Positions 1-9,016 are shown, counted from the stretch's first letter. The stretch is DNA of 64,000 nucleotides from Patescibacteria group bacterium (GCA_041650775.1 JBAZKO010000002.1:27930-91929); one strand, 5' to 3'. Numbers and translations: made by a program. Notes: generated from the sequence alone by a model not told the origin.

Positions 1-464
1 ACGAAGGATCGGAATCCCAAGCTTTTCCTAATTTCGGCGTGGAAAGAACCGGCGCCCCCATCCAATCTTTCGCCCGAATAAGCAACCAACCGATAGTCAC
101 TCGCGAACAAATTTACGCGCCGACCGTCTTGATAATCCAAGACGCAACCTTAATCGGTACGGTTGATGTTTTCAAAGGAACGGACAAAAATACAAAAATT
201 ATCATTAACTCTCCTAGAAATAACTGGCCGAATTTAAAATTAAAATCCCACCAGCTTTTCTTTTCGCCCGCCACGGAGATCGCTTTAAGAATTTTAGGAA
301 AAAATATCGTCAACACCGTAATCCTAGGCGCTTTCGCGAAATATACCGGTTTGGTTTCCCCGGCCTCGTTAAAAAAAGCCATCCGGGAAAAATTCGCCGG
401 CAAAGGCGAGGAAATAATCAAAAAAAATATTGCGGCCGTGGAAGAAGCTTACGGGATCGATTAA
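1..464 (+). CDS. porG: 2-oxoacid (pyruvate):ferredoxin oxidoreductase, gamma subunit; 5' end cut by window edge
   Basis: Frame 3 is open from nt 3 (EGSESQAFPNFGVERTGAPIQSFARIS...). This matches the conserved gamma-subunit core (F-G-x-E-R-x-G-A-P...R-I-S). The listed ORF 39..464 is only the part after an internal GTG. The delta, alpha and beta subunit genes follow directly. Confidence 0.85.
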   Translation, partial: EGSESQAFPNFGVERTGAPIQSFARISNQPIVTREQIYAPTVLIIQDATLIGTVDVFKGTDKNTKIIINSPRNNWPNLKLKSHQLFFSPATEIALRILGKNIVNTVILGAFAKYTGLVSPASLKKAIREKFAGKGEEIIKKNIAAVEEAYGID

Positions 465-469
465 ACTTT

Positions 470-754
470 ATGAAAAAAAACGCCAAAAAAATAAAGCTGA
501 TAACCGAAGCCGGGACTTCCCTGGCTAATAAAACCGGGCCTTGGCGGACACACCGGCCGGAAACCGATTACGAAGTCTGTATCGGCTGTTCTTTATGCTC
601 TAAAATCTGTCCGGAGGGTTGTATTGAAATGGTTAGCTGTCCGGAACGCGGCGGCAAACTGAAACCGGCGACCGATTATGATTACTGCAAGGGCTGTGCC
701 TTGTGCGTTCGGGAATGTCCGGTCAAAGCGATTAAAATGAAAAAAGATTATTAA
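470..754 (+). CDS. porD: 2-oxoacid:ferredoxin oxidoreductase, delta subunit (2x[4Fe-4S] ferredoxin)
   Basis: 94 aa with two CxxCxxCxxxCP motifs (CIGCSLCSKICP, CKGCALCVRECP). It starts 5 nt after porG. Confidence 0.85.
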   Translation: MKKNAKKIKLITEAGTSLANKTGPWRTHRPETDYEVCIGCSLCSKICPEGCIEMVSCPERGGKLKPATDYDYCKGCALCVRECPVKAIKMKKDY

Positions 755-783
755 ATCAACCGGCTAATAAAAGCGCGTCAATT

Positions 784-1965
784 ATGAAAAAGCAAAAACA
801 AATACTGGAAGGTTCGCAGGCCATCGCCTTAACCGTCAAGAATATCAATCCGGCGGTGGTTTCCGCCTATCCAATAACGCCGCAAACGCATATTGTCGAA
901 GATCTGGCGAAAATCAAGGCGGATGGAGAGGCTTCATACGAATATGTCCGGGCGGAAAGCGAATTCGCGGCCGCGTCCATTGTTTTGGGAGCGAGCGCGA
1001 CCGGTGTTCGGGTTTATAGCGCGACCAGTTCCCAGGGACTTTTACTGATGACCGAGGTTCTTTTTAATATCGCCGGGATGCGCCTGCCGGTCGTTATGAC
1101 CTGTGCTAATCGCTCCGTCTCGGCGCCGATAAATATCTGGAACGACCAGAGCGATGTGATGAGTATCCGCGACGCCGGCTGGGTTCAGTTATTCGCCGCC
1201 AATCATCAGGAAGCGGTCGACAGTCATATCCTGGCTTACAAAATTGCGGAAAAATTAAAATTGCCGGTGATGGTTAACGTTGACGGCTTCATCCTAACCC
1301 ATTCCTATGAACCGGTAGTAATTCCCGAAGCCGCTTTGATTAAAAAATATCTGTCGGATTACCGGCCGGAAACCGGAACCTATCTCGATCCAGAGAAACC
1401 CGTGACTCTCGGCGCTTTTTTCACGCCGGAATACTATTTGGAAACCCGAGAAGCGTTACATAATGATTTATTAAAAAGCCTAGCGATCATAAAAAAGGAA
1501 TATCGAGTGTGGCAAAAAATTTCCGGAATTAAAAATGGCGGCCGGGCGACAATCGATAACGGCTTAGTGGAATATTACGGTCCTAAAAAACCGGCGACAA
1601 TCTTAATCGCGCTCGGTTCGGTCGCCGGCACGATTTTAGAAACTATCAAGAATAACCAATTGGCCGGAAAAGTTGGACTCCTAAAAATAAAAGTTTATCG
1701 CCCTTTTCCCAGTGAAGAAATAATTAAAATAATCGGCCGAGTGAAGAATATCGCTGTCATCGAAAAAGCCATCAGTCTCGGGCAGGCTGGTCCGCTTTAC
1801 GGCGATTTAAAAACTGCCCTGAACGCCAACCTGTCCGGCCGGTTGAACATCAAAAATTATATCGTCGGCCTGGGCGGACGGGACGTCACGGAAAAAATGC
1901 TGGCCGATATAATCAAAGACGTTCCCCGAAAAAACAAGATTATAAAATTCCGCGGAAAAATATAA
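784..1965 (+). CDS. porA: 2-oxoacid:ferredoxin oxidoreductase, alpha subunit
   Basis: 393 aa. The N-terminus GSQAIALTVKNINPAVVSAYPITPQTHIVE and the later RAESEFAAAS..GAS..G.R..SATSSQGL are typical of POR/VOR alpha subunits. Operon context supports the call. Confidence 0.9.
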   Translation: MKKQKQILEGSQAIALTVKNINPAVVSAYPITPQTHIVEDLAKIKADGEASYEYVRAESEFAAASIVLGASATGVRVYSATSSQGLLLMTEVLFNIAGMRLPVVMTCANRSVSAPINIWNDQSDVMSIRDAGWVQLFAANHQEAVDSHILAYKIAEKLKLPVMVNVDGFILTHSYEPVVIPEAALIKKYLSDYRPETGTYLDPEKPVTLGAFFTPEYYLETREALHNDLLKSLAIIKKEYRVWQKISGIKNGGRATIDNGLVEYYGPKKPATILIALGSVAGTILETIKNNQLAGKVGLLKIKVYRPFPSEEIIKIIGRVKNIAVIEKAISLGQAGPLYGDLKTALNANLSGRLNIKNYIVGLGGRDVTEKMLADIIKDVPRKNKIIKFRGKI

Positions 1966-1977
1966 AGCGAAAAAAAT

Positions 1978-2862
1978 ATGAAGCTGTTTAACTTTTCGAA
2001 AATCGCCTTCGTCTTAATCTGCGTGTTCCAAATCGGCGGAGCTGTTGTTTTAAGCGGCGCGCCGACGCCCGTTTTCGCGGCCGAAAAGACCTTCGAAGCT
2101 CTAGAATTTACGCCTCAGGTTAAACTTCCCAATACCGACTTCGACGTCACCTCCCTGCCGACCGGCTCTTATAACCCCCAAACCGGCGCGATGACCAGCG
2201 ATTTACTAGCCAAATATATTCAAGCTTTTTACAGTTACGGCCTGGCGGTCGTGGGAATCTTGGCGGCGATAATCTTAATGGCCGGCGGCGTCCTGTGGCT
2301 CACTTCAGCCGGTAACGATTCCAAAATCGCCCAGGCTAAGGAGCTGATTACTGGTAGTATCGTCGGTTCCATCATCCTTTTCGGCTCCTGGATAATTTTA
2401 AATACCGTTAATCCGGATCTGTTGAAATTAAAAACGATTGACACGACGCTAATAGCAAAAACGCCGGTGGACTCCTGTTGCGAATATGATATTCAAACTG
2501 CTAAACAAACCATTTCCAAATACGAATGCGAAAAGGCCAAGGGAAAATATTATGCGAGAGCCAAATTGACAACCAAGACCGGCGGCCAGAGTTTCTGCGC
2601 CGATAGCGGCTGTTGCCGGTGTAAAATCGGCGGTACTTTTCGCACTCTCTTTATATCCAATACTAATTGCGCCGACGAAAACGACGGCAAAGGCAAAGTT
2701 CTACCGGAAACCTGCGAAGCCGCGTGTGCCACCGCCGGCAAAATATCCGGTGATTTAAGCTGGGAAACTTTATATGTCTGGGGGCAAGTATGCGATGCTG
2801 ACGGAGAATGTTCCCCGCGCGTCGGCGGCAAAGACTATGGCGGCGATGGCAATGATTTTTAA
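1978..2862 (+). CDS. exported membrane protein: signal peptide, TrbC/VirB2-like (T4SS-pilin-like) two-helix module, Cys-rich C-terminal domain
   Basis: N-terminal signal peptide (MKLFNFSKIAFVLICVFQIGGAVVLSGAPTPVFAAE). Residues ~79-153 form two TM helices around a short polar loop (GILAAIILMAGGVLWLTSAGNDSKIAQAKELITGSIVGSIILFGSWIIL). This pattern recalls the pilin-like family common in CPR genomes; that is family recognition from memory, not a search. The C-terminal ~130 aa contain 12 Cys. The gene sits 12 nt after porA and 4 nt before porB. Confidence 0.6.
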   Translation: MKLFNFSKIAFVLICVFQIGGAVVLSGAPTPVFAAEKTFEALEFTPQVKLPNTDFDVTSLPTGSYNPQTGAMTSDLLAKYIQAFYSYGLAVVGILAAIILMAGGVLWLTSAGNDSKIAQAKELITGSIVGSIILFGSWIILNTVNPDLLKLKTIDTTLIAKTPVDSCCEYDIQTAKQTISKYECEKAKGKYYARAKLTTKTGGQSFCADSGCCRCKIGGTFRTLFISNTNCADENDGKGKVLPETCEAACATAGKISGDLSWETLYVWGQVCDADGECSPRVGGKDYGGDGNDF

Positions 2863-2866
2863 ATAT

Positions 2867-3748
2867 ATGACACAAAACACTAAAACAAAATTTCTTTCTC
2901 CCGGACACAACGCCTGCGCCGGTTGCGGACAACTGTCCGCCGCGCAGTCCGTCATGCGGGGATTAAATAAAGATGTAATCATTGCTAACGCCACCGGTTG
3001 TCTAGAAGTGACGACGACCGCTTATCCGCAAAGCGCCTGGGGTCTTCCTTGGATTCATTCTTTGTTTGAAAACGCCGCCGCGGCCGCAACCGGCATTCGC
3101 ACCGCCCTTGACGCGAAGGGCGATAAGAAGACCAAAGTCGTCGTTCAAGCTGGCGACGGCGGAACCTACGATATCGGAATCGGACTGGTAAGCGGCCTAT
3201 GGGAACGCGGCGAAAATGTTTTATATATCTGTTATGATACCGAAGCTTATTCTAATACCGGTTATCAGGCTTCGGGCGCTACCCCTTACGGCGCTTCGAC
3301 TACGACCGCGCCCAGTGGCCGAGAGTCAATCGGTTCCACGCAAAGAAAAAAAGATATGCTGGCGATTGCTTTGGCGCACGGTCTTAAATATGTCGCGCAG
3401 ACAACTGCCGGTTTTCCCGATGATATTACTACCAAAGTAAAAAAAGCGTTAACCGTCGATGGTCCGAGCTATATCCAAATCCTCTGTCCCTGTATCCCTT
3501 ACTGGAAAATAAACAACGATGAGGCGGTAACGATGGGAAAACTGGCCGTCAAAACAGGATTATATCCGTTGTTGGAATATGTCGACGGACTTTTAACGGC
3601 TTCCAGCCTGGCCGTCGGCGCGACTAGCGAACCGGTCGAAGAATATCTGAAAGGACAAGGGCGCTTTAAGCATCTGAAACCGGAAACAATCGCGCTTATC
3701 CAAAAGCTGGCGGATGAGAACGCTAAAAAATATCGAATACAAAAATAA
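2867..3748 (+). CDS. porB: 2-oxoacid:ferredoxin oxidoreductase, beta subunit (TPP-binding)
   Basis: Contains the GHNACAGCG Cys motif and the TPP-binding GDGGTYDIG...Y.NTGYQ motif. I moved the start from the listed 2774 to ATG 2867. Region 2774-2866 overlaps the upstream gene in another frame, and MTQNTKTKFLSPGHNACAGCG is a normal PorB N-terminus. Confidence 0.9.
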   Translation: MTQNTKTKFLSPGHNACAGCGQLSAAQSVMRGLNKDVIIANATGCLEVTTTAYPQSAWGLPWIHSLFENAAAAATGIRTALDAKGDKKTKVVVQAGDGGTYDIGIGLVSGLWERGENVLYICYDTEAYSNTGYQASGATPYGASTTTAPSGRESIGSTQRKKDMLAIALAHGLKYVAQTTAGFPDDITTKVKKALTVDGPSYIQILCPCIPYWKINNDEAVTMGKLAVKTGLYPLLEYVDGLLTASSLAVGATSEPVEEYLKGQGRFKHLKPETIALIQKLADENAKKYRIQK

Positions 3749-4809
3749 TGTTTAAAAAAATTCTCTTAGCTTCAATTCTCTTATCTATTTTCTCCTGGGT
3801 CATCCCGACTCAGGCGGCAGAAACTTGTTATTGGCAAAAAGCAAACAAAGAAACCGGAACCGCGAATTACACCGCCGTTTGTAAAACAGGTTATTATATG
3901 ATTAGTGGCGGTCTGCCATATAATACCGGTTATCCCGGGAAGGAAGACAAATGTCTCGCTCAGAACATAAGCAAACCCGGAGATGGTGCTATTTATGCCT
4001 GTTGCTGTGGTACTGAAGCCGTTTCTCCCAGTGCCTCCGCTCCGGCGCCAAAATTTACTATTCCGGAATTTCAAATTCCCATTCCCACTATTGAACTGAG
4101 CGACCCTAAATGTACCGTCAACGACGACGGCAGTTATTATTGCGAGGTTCCTTGGATTGGAGAATATATCATCGGTCTTTATAATTACGGTCTTAGTATC
4201 GCCGGCATTTTAGCGGCGATTATGCTTATGGCCGGAGGAATTCTCTGGCTTATTTCCGGCGGCGACGCCTCCAAAGTCACTCAGGCCAAAGAACTGATAA
4301 TCGGCAGTGTTACTGGGCTTATCATTCTAGCTTCTTCCTATATTTTATTGACGCAAATTAATCCCGACCTGACGACCTTAAAGCCTATTTCTCTGGGAAC
4401 TATCAAAGCTAAAGATTACGAACCGGTATCGACCGAAGGGAATCCCGATAATAGCCAGGATTGCAATCAGTGTTCGACTCTGCCCACGCAAATACCGGCG
4501 AAAAATAGTCGCCAACTTAATCGCGATCTGGTCGCTAAAATAATTGAGGCCTGGGGAAACAGTTGCCAGGGTGGCTGTCTGGCTTGGCGGGTAACCGAAG
4601 CTTACCCGGCGACCAGCAAACATAATAGCACTTGCCATTATAACGGCCTGTGCGCCGATGTCGCTCTTACCGGCGATCAAAATTGCGCCGATGTTGCCCG
4701 ATTAACTACTATTTTACAAAACGCCGGTCTATCCGTCTTAAACGAATATACCGGCTGTAACGGCGTCAAAACCGCTAACACCACGGGCGGCCATCTCCAC
4801 GTCAAATAA
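3748..4809 (+). CDS. exported membrane protein: Cys-rich N-domain, TrbC/VirB2-like two-helix module, C-terminal LAS/M15-like zinc peptidase motif
   Basis: Signal peptide MFKKILLASILLSIFSWVIPTQAAE. Residues 139-213 (GILAAIMLMAGGILWLISGGDASKVTQAKELIIGSVTGLIILASSYILL) are paralogous to the 1978..2862 product, about 45 of 73 identical by eye. The C-terminus has H297-YNGLCA-D304 and H349-L-H351. The ATG overlaps the porB stop (TAATG at 3746-3750). Confidence 0.6.
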   Translation: MFKKILLASILLSIFSWVIPTQAAETCYWQKANKETGTANYTAVCKTGYYMISGGLPYNTGYPGKEDKCLAQNISKPGDGAIYACCCGTEAVSPSASAPAPKFTIPEFQIPIPTIELSDPKCTVNDDGSYYCEVPWIGEYIIGLYNYGLSIAGILAAIMLMAGGILWLISGGDASKVTQAKELIIGSVTGLIILASSYILLTQINPDLTTLKPISLGTIKAKDYEPVSTEGNPDNSQDCNQCSTLPTQIPAKNSRQLNRDLVAKIIEAWGNSCQGGCLAWRVTEAYPATSKHNSTCHYNGLCADVALTGDQNCADVARLTTILQNAGLSVLNEYTGCNGVKTANTTGGHLHVK

Positions 4810-4826
4810 CCGCCGCCGCGGATAAA

Positions 4827-5231
4827 TTATTTCCCCCGATCCATCGCTTCGTTGGCCAGGCGATCCGCTTCTTTATTTTTCTCCCGCGGAATATGAGTAT
4901 AAGTTAGATGATGAAAACTCAAACTTAAATTATGAATCTCCAAAAACAAAGGCGCTAGGTCTTTGTTTTTTACTTTGTATTCCCGTTTCAACTGTTTGAC
5001 AATCAATTCGCTGTCCAAGAAACATTCCAGGTCGGATCCGCCGAGCGCGGCGGCTTTTTTCAAAGCGGCGATTAACGCTTTATATTCGGCCTGATTATTA
5101 GTCGTCCGGCCGAGATATTCGGAAATCTCCGCGACGGGCTGCCGGTTCTCATCATAAATAACTGCGCCGATTCCTCCCGGACCGGGATTGCCGCGCGCGC
5201 CGCCATCGGTATAAATGATAAATTTTTTCAT
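4827..5231 (-). CDS. rnhA: ribonuclease H (type 1 fold)
   Basis: 134 aa with IYTDGGARGNPGPGG (catalytic Asp), NNQAEYKALI (Glu), DSELIV (Asp) and KNKEADRLAN (C-terminal Asp). Confidence 0.8.
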   Translation of the reverse strand: MKKFIIYTDGGARGNPGPGGIGAVIYDENRQPVAEISEYLGRTTNNQAEYKALIAALKKAAALGGSDLECFLDSELIVKQLKREYKVKNKDLAPLFLEIHNLSLSFHHLTYTHIPREKNKEADRLANEAMDRGK

Positions 5232-5241
5232 ATTTAAAATC

Positions 5242-7068
5242 TTAAATTTTACTCGGCCGGATATCGACTATTTTTAATTGCGGTTCTCTCTTGCCGTTGA
5301 ATTCGTTGACTTCCAGATAATAAACCAGATCAATCCGGTCGCCAATTTTAAATTCTTTGTAAGTCGCGGCCGCGCCGAAAGCCAGAGCCCAAAAAGAACC
5401 GGCGACTTTCGTCTCTTCGTCAAAAGACGACAGGCGCATCTTGATATGCTGGTTGTCAAAACCCATCGTTACAATATCGCCAATCCGCAAATCATAAGAA
5501 ACAAAACGAGGTTGAGGATTGTTCTGGCCGAAAGGCGCTAATAAGTTAACTTTATCGGCCAGATTTAAATCCAGAGCGGCTAATTTCAATTCCGCTTCAA
5601 CTTTTAATTTTGGAATCAACGCGGCTGCGTCTAAAGTCCTGGCCGCCAAAGATAAAATTTTTTCCCTGAACTCTCGCAGATTCTTTTCTTCTTTTATGGA
5701 AAAGCCGCAGGCCATCGGATGGCCGCCGTATTTATCGAGCAAAGCGGCGCAGTCTTCCACGGCGGCAATCAAATTAAATTCTTCCACCGACCGGCCCGAA
5801 CCCTTAAAGGATACTTTTTTGGGAACCAACTTTTTCGTTAACGGATCAAGCTCCGCTTCTTCTATCAGACGGGTAATAATCAGAGTCGGCCGATGATATT
5901 TTTCCGAAATTCGCCCGGCCACTAAACCGATAACGCCCTCGTTCCAAATCTGATCTTCGCCGGCCAAACCGATAATTATCAAAGGTAAATTGTTAACATC
6001 AATCTGCGCTTCAACCTGAGCGGTTATTTCTTCGGTAATCTGCTGACGGCTGATATTGCGTTGGTTAAGTTCTGCCGCCAGGTTTTTCGCTTCGGCCGCG
6101 TCGGTTACGGTTAAAAGAGCAAAGGCACTGTTGGCGTGGCCGATACGGCTGGCGGCATTAAGTCGCGGCCCGATTTGCCAGCCGATATTCCAGGCTTCCA
6201 ATTGGCGGCCGCCGTTTATTTTGGCGATTTTTATAAGTTCATTCAGACCGGAACGCTTATTCTGGTTAAGGATTTTTAAACCGCTTTTAACCAGCAAACG
6301 GTTTTCGCCTAACAGGCTGACCATATCCGCGACCGTACCGACCGCCACTAAATCCAGGCACTTTTCGGCAATCAATTTTTTCTGCTTATCATCCAGGCTC
6401 GCTTTGGTTAAAAGCGCGCAAACCAGCTTAAAAGCGACACCGACGCCAGCTAAAAAACGCCAGGGATAATTATCCCGCGAATCAGCTGGATCAATATACA
6501 GGCAATCCGGCAAATCTTCTTCCTTTTCCGGCAAGACATGATGGTCGGTAATTATAAGCTCCAAACCCCGGCGACGCGCGTAAGCGACTTCTTCTTTATT
6601 TCTGATCCCGTTATCAACGGTGATTATTAATTTAAACCCCTGTTCAACAATCTGATTAATGGCCGCTTTATTCAGACCGTAACCTTCGGAAACGCGATCC
6701 GGCAGATAGACTTCGGCTACGCCGCGCAAAATGTTTAAAGTCTCCAGCAAAATTACAGACGAAGTCACGCCGTCGGCATCATAATCGCCGTAAACGACAA
6801 TCTTCTCGCCCGCTTTGATATGTTTGATAATCAAATCAACGGCCGCGGCCATATTCTTGAACAGGAAAGGATCATGAAAAGCCGAAATCCCGGCAGGGTC
6901 GGATGATTGGAAAGAAAGCGGCTCAAGTTCATCGTTTAAAAACGTTTTAATCTCCGCTTCTTCTTTTAGGCCCCGGTTATAAAGCAATTGTAAAATGACC
7001 GGATCTATCTCCGGATAACGGGCGAGAAAATCGGCGGTAATTTTAGGCGAGAGACGCCATTCTTTCAT
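5242..7068 (-). CDS. recJ: single-stranded-DNA-specific exonuclease RecJ
   Basis: 608 aa. DHH-family motifs VVYGDYDADGVTS, ITVDNG and ITDHH, plus the DHHA1 motif GGHPMACG. Confidence 0.9.
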   Translation of the reverse strand: MKEWRLSPKITADFLARYPEIDPVILQLLYNRGLKEEAEIKTFLNDELEPLSFQSSDPAGISAFHDPFLFKNMAAAVDLIIKHIKAGEKIVVYGDYDADGVTSSVILLETLNILRGVAEVYLPDRVSEGYGLNKAAINQIVEQGFKLIITVDNGIRNKEEVAYARRRGLELIITDHHVLPEKEEDLPDCLYIDPADSRDNYPWRFLAGVGVAFKLVCALLTKASLDDKQKKLIAEKCLDLVAVGTVADMVSLLGENRLLVKSGLKILNQNKRSGLNELIKIAKINGGRQLEAWNIGWQIGPRLNAASRIGHANSAFALLTVTDAAEAKNLAAELNQRNISRQQITEEITAQVEAQIDVNNLPLIIIGLAGEDQIWNEGVIGLVAGRISEKYHRPTLIITRLIEEAELDPLTKKLVPKKVSFKGSGRSVEEFNLIAAVEDCAALLDKYGGHPMACGFSIKEEKNLREFREKILSLAARTLDAAALIPKLKVEAELKLAALDLNLADKVNLLAPFGQNNPQPRFVSYDLRIGDIVTMGFDNQHIKMRLSSFDEETKVAGSFWALAFGAAATYKEFKIGDRIDLVYYLEVNEFNGKREPQLKIVDIRPSKI

Positions 7069-7080
7069 TTTGATTGAAAA

Positions 7081-7176
7081 TTAAAATCCGAGCATCACTG
7101 TCCAGGCCACCATGGAAATCACGACGATAAAAGAAATCACGATCCACAAAGCTTTAATCACTTTTCGTTTTTTCAT
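7081..7176 (-). CDS. 31-aa single-TM mini-protein (not in ORF track; hypothetical)
   Basis: Translated by hand from ATG (7176-7174) to TAA (7083-7081): MKKRKVIKALWIVISFIVVISMVAWTVMLGF. It fills the lepA-recJ gap almost exactly, 10 nt after the lepA stop and 12 nt before the recJ start. Confidence 0.35.
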   Translation of the reverse strand: MKKRKVIKALWIVISFIVVISMVAWTVMLGF

Positions 7177-7186
7177 AAAATAATTA

Positions 7187-9016
7187 TTATCTTTTCAATA
7201 TTTTTACAAAAGTATCGGGCGGAATTTCCACACTGCCCTTGCCCGCGGCCATCATTTTTTTCTTTCCTTTCTTTTGTTTCTCCAATAATTTACGCTTGCG
7301 TGTCACGTCGCCGCCATATAGCTTGGCCGTAACGTCTTTGCGCATCGCCGATAATTTTTCGGAAGCGATGACTTTTCCTTGGATAGCCGCCTGGATCTTA
7401 ACGGCGAACATCTGCCGCGCCAAGTTATCTTTTAAAATGTCCACCACTTCCCGCCCTTGCCGAGAAGCATCGTCGCGATAAACGATTGTCGCTAAAGCCT
7501 CTACTGGTTCCTCGGCCACTAAAATATCCATCTTAACTACATCGGCCGGCCGATAATCCAGATATTCATAATTTATGGAAGCATAGCCGGCGGAGATACT
7601 TTTTATTTTATCATAAAAATCCGTTAAAATCGCCGCCATGGGAATTTCATAATGAAGCAGAACGCGATCGTTATCGTCGCCACTGGTGGAGATATATTCG
7701 GTATTTTTATAAATTCCTCTTTTTTCCTGAGACAGCTTGATGATATTTCCCAAATAAGCCTTAGGCGTAATGATATCCAATTTTACCCACGGTTCTTCGA
7801 TAATATCAATCTGCGTCGGATCGGGTAAACGTTGCGGCGAGCGGATGATCGTTTCCTCGCCGTTTGATTTTACGACTTTATAAGCGACACTCGGCATAGT
7901 CACTATCAAATCCAAATCATATTCCCGGCTCAGCCGTTCCTGAAAAACTTCCAAATGCAGGAGCCCCAAAAAACCGCAACGAAAACCGAACCCCAGAGCG
8001 TCCGATCTTTCCGGTTCATAGATAAGCGCGGCATCGTTTAATTTTAATTTTTCCATGGCTTCGCGCAATTCCTTAAAATCGTTGCCCTCGCGCGGAAAGA
8101 TACTGGCGAAAACCATCGGTCTTACTTCCTTATAACCCGAAAGCGGCTCGAGCGACGGAGAAGACGCTCCTTTGTTGGCGATGACGGTATCGCCGACGCG
8201 ACAATCGGCTACCTGCTTGAAACCGGTAACGACGTAGCCTATTTCACCCGCTTTTAACCCGCCGGTGGAAAAATAATCCGGTTTGAAGATACCGCAATCC
8301 AGAACTTCGCTTTCCGCTCTGGTGGCGAATAATTTTATTTTATCGCCCTTCTTCAGAGCGCCGTTAAAAACGCGGACGTAAGCGACCACGCCGCGATAAG
8401 TATCGTATTTCGAATCAAAAATCAAAGCCCGCAGGGCATCGCCGGGCTGGTTATCCATCTCCGGTTCGCGCGGCGGTAAGCCAACGGCAATCACCTGATC
8501 CAAAATTTCCGTTACCCCGGCACCGGTTTTGCCCGAGGCGGCCAGTATTTCTTCCTCCCGGCAACCTAAAAGTTCGACTATTTCCCTTTTTGTCTTAACG
8601 ACATCCGCCGCCGGCAAATCGATTTTATTGACGACCGGGATAATCGTCAGATTCTGCTCCAACGCCAAATACAGATTAGCCAGAGTTTGCGCCTGAATTC
8701 CCTGGGTTGAGTCCACGAGCAAAATCGCCGTTTCCACCGCGGCCAAAGAACGCGAAACCTCATAAGAAAAATCCACATGACCGGGCGTATCGATTAAATT
8801 AAACTGATAGCCTTTATAATCCATGGTGACCGGCTGTAATTTAATCGTAATCCCCCGTTCCCGTTCGATGTCCATACCGTCTAGGATCTGGTCTTTCATC
8901 TTGCGTTTTTCGACCGTGCCGGTAATTTCCAGCATCCGGTCGGCCAGCGTGGATTTCCCGTGATCAATATGGGCGATAATACAGAAATTCCTAATTTTAT
9001 TAGTTTCTTCAATCAT
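7187..9016 (-). CDS. lepA: translation elongation factor 4 (LepA)
   Basis: 609 aa. GTPase motifs AHIDHGKST, DTPGHVDF and NKID. The LepA-type C-terminal region ends in ...GKGSVEIPPDTFVKILKR. Confidence 0.95.
   Translation of the reverse strand: MIEETNKIRNFCIIAHIDHGKSTLADRMLEITGTVEKRKMKDQILDGMDIERERGITIKLQPVTMDYKGYQFNLIDTPGHVDFSYEVSRSLAAVETAILLVDSTQGIQAQTLANLYLALEQNLTIIPVVNKIDLPAADVVKTKREIVELLGCREEEILAASGKTGAGVTEILDQVIAVGLPPREPEMDNQPGDALRALIFDSKYDTYRGVVAYVRVFNGALKKGDKIKLFATRAESEVLDCGIFKPDYFSTGGLKAGEIGYVVTGFKQVADCRVGDTVIANKGASSPSLEPLSGYKEVRPMVFASIFPREGNDFKELREAMEKLKLNDAALIYEPERSDALGFGFRCGFLGLLHLEVFQERLSREYDLDLIVTMPSVAYKVVKSNGEETIIRSPQRLPDPTQIDIIEEPWVKLDIITPKAYLGNIIKLSQEKRGIYKNTEYISTSGDDNDRVLLHYEIPMAAILTDFYDKIKSISAGYASINYEYLDYRPADVVKMDILVAEEPVEALATIVYRDDASRQGREVVDILKDNLARQMFAVKIQAAIQGKVIASEKLSAMRKDVTAKLYGGDVTRKRKLLEKQKKGKKKMMAAGKGSVEIPPDTFVKILKR

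Noticed and set aside
2774-2866. Listed N-terminal extension of porB (MSGGKYAMLTENVPRASAAKTMAAMAMIFKY) overlapping the end of the upstream pilin-like gene. Also the antisense ORFs 2550..2994.
   Set aside because: PorB homology starts at MTQNTKTKFLSPGHNACAGCG (ATG 2867), 4 nt after the upstream stop. The extension is an out-of-frame read-through of a GC-rich Cys-domain region that generates long spurious ORFs in several frames.
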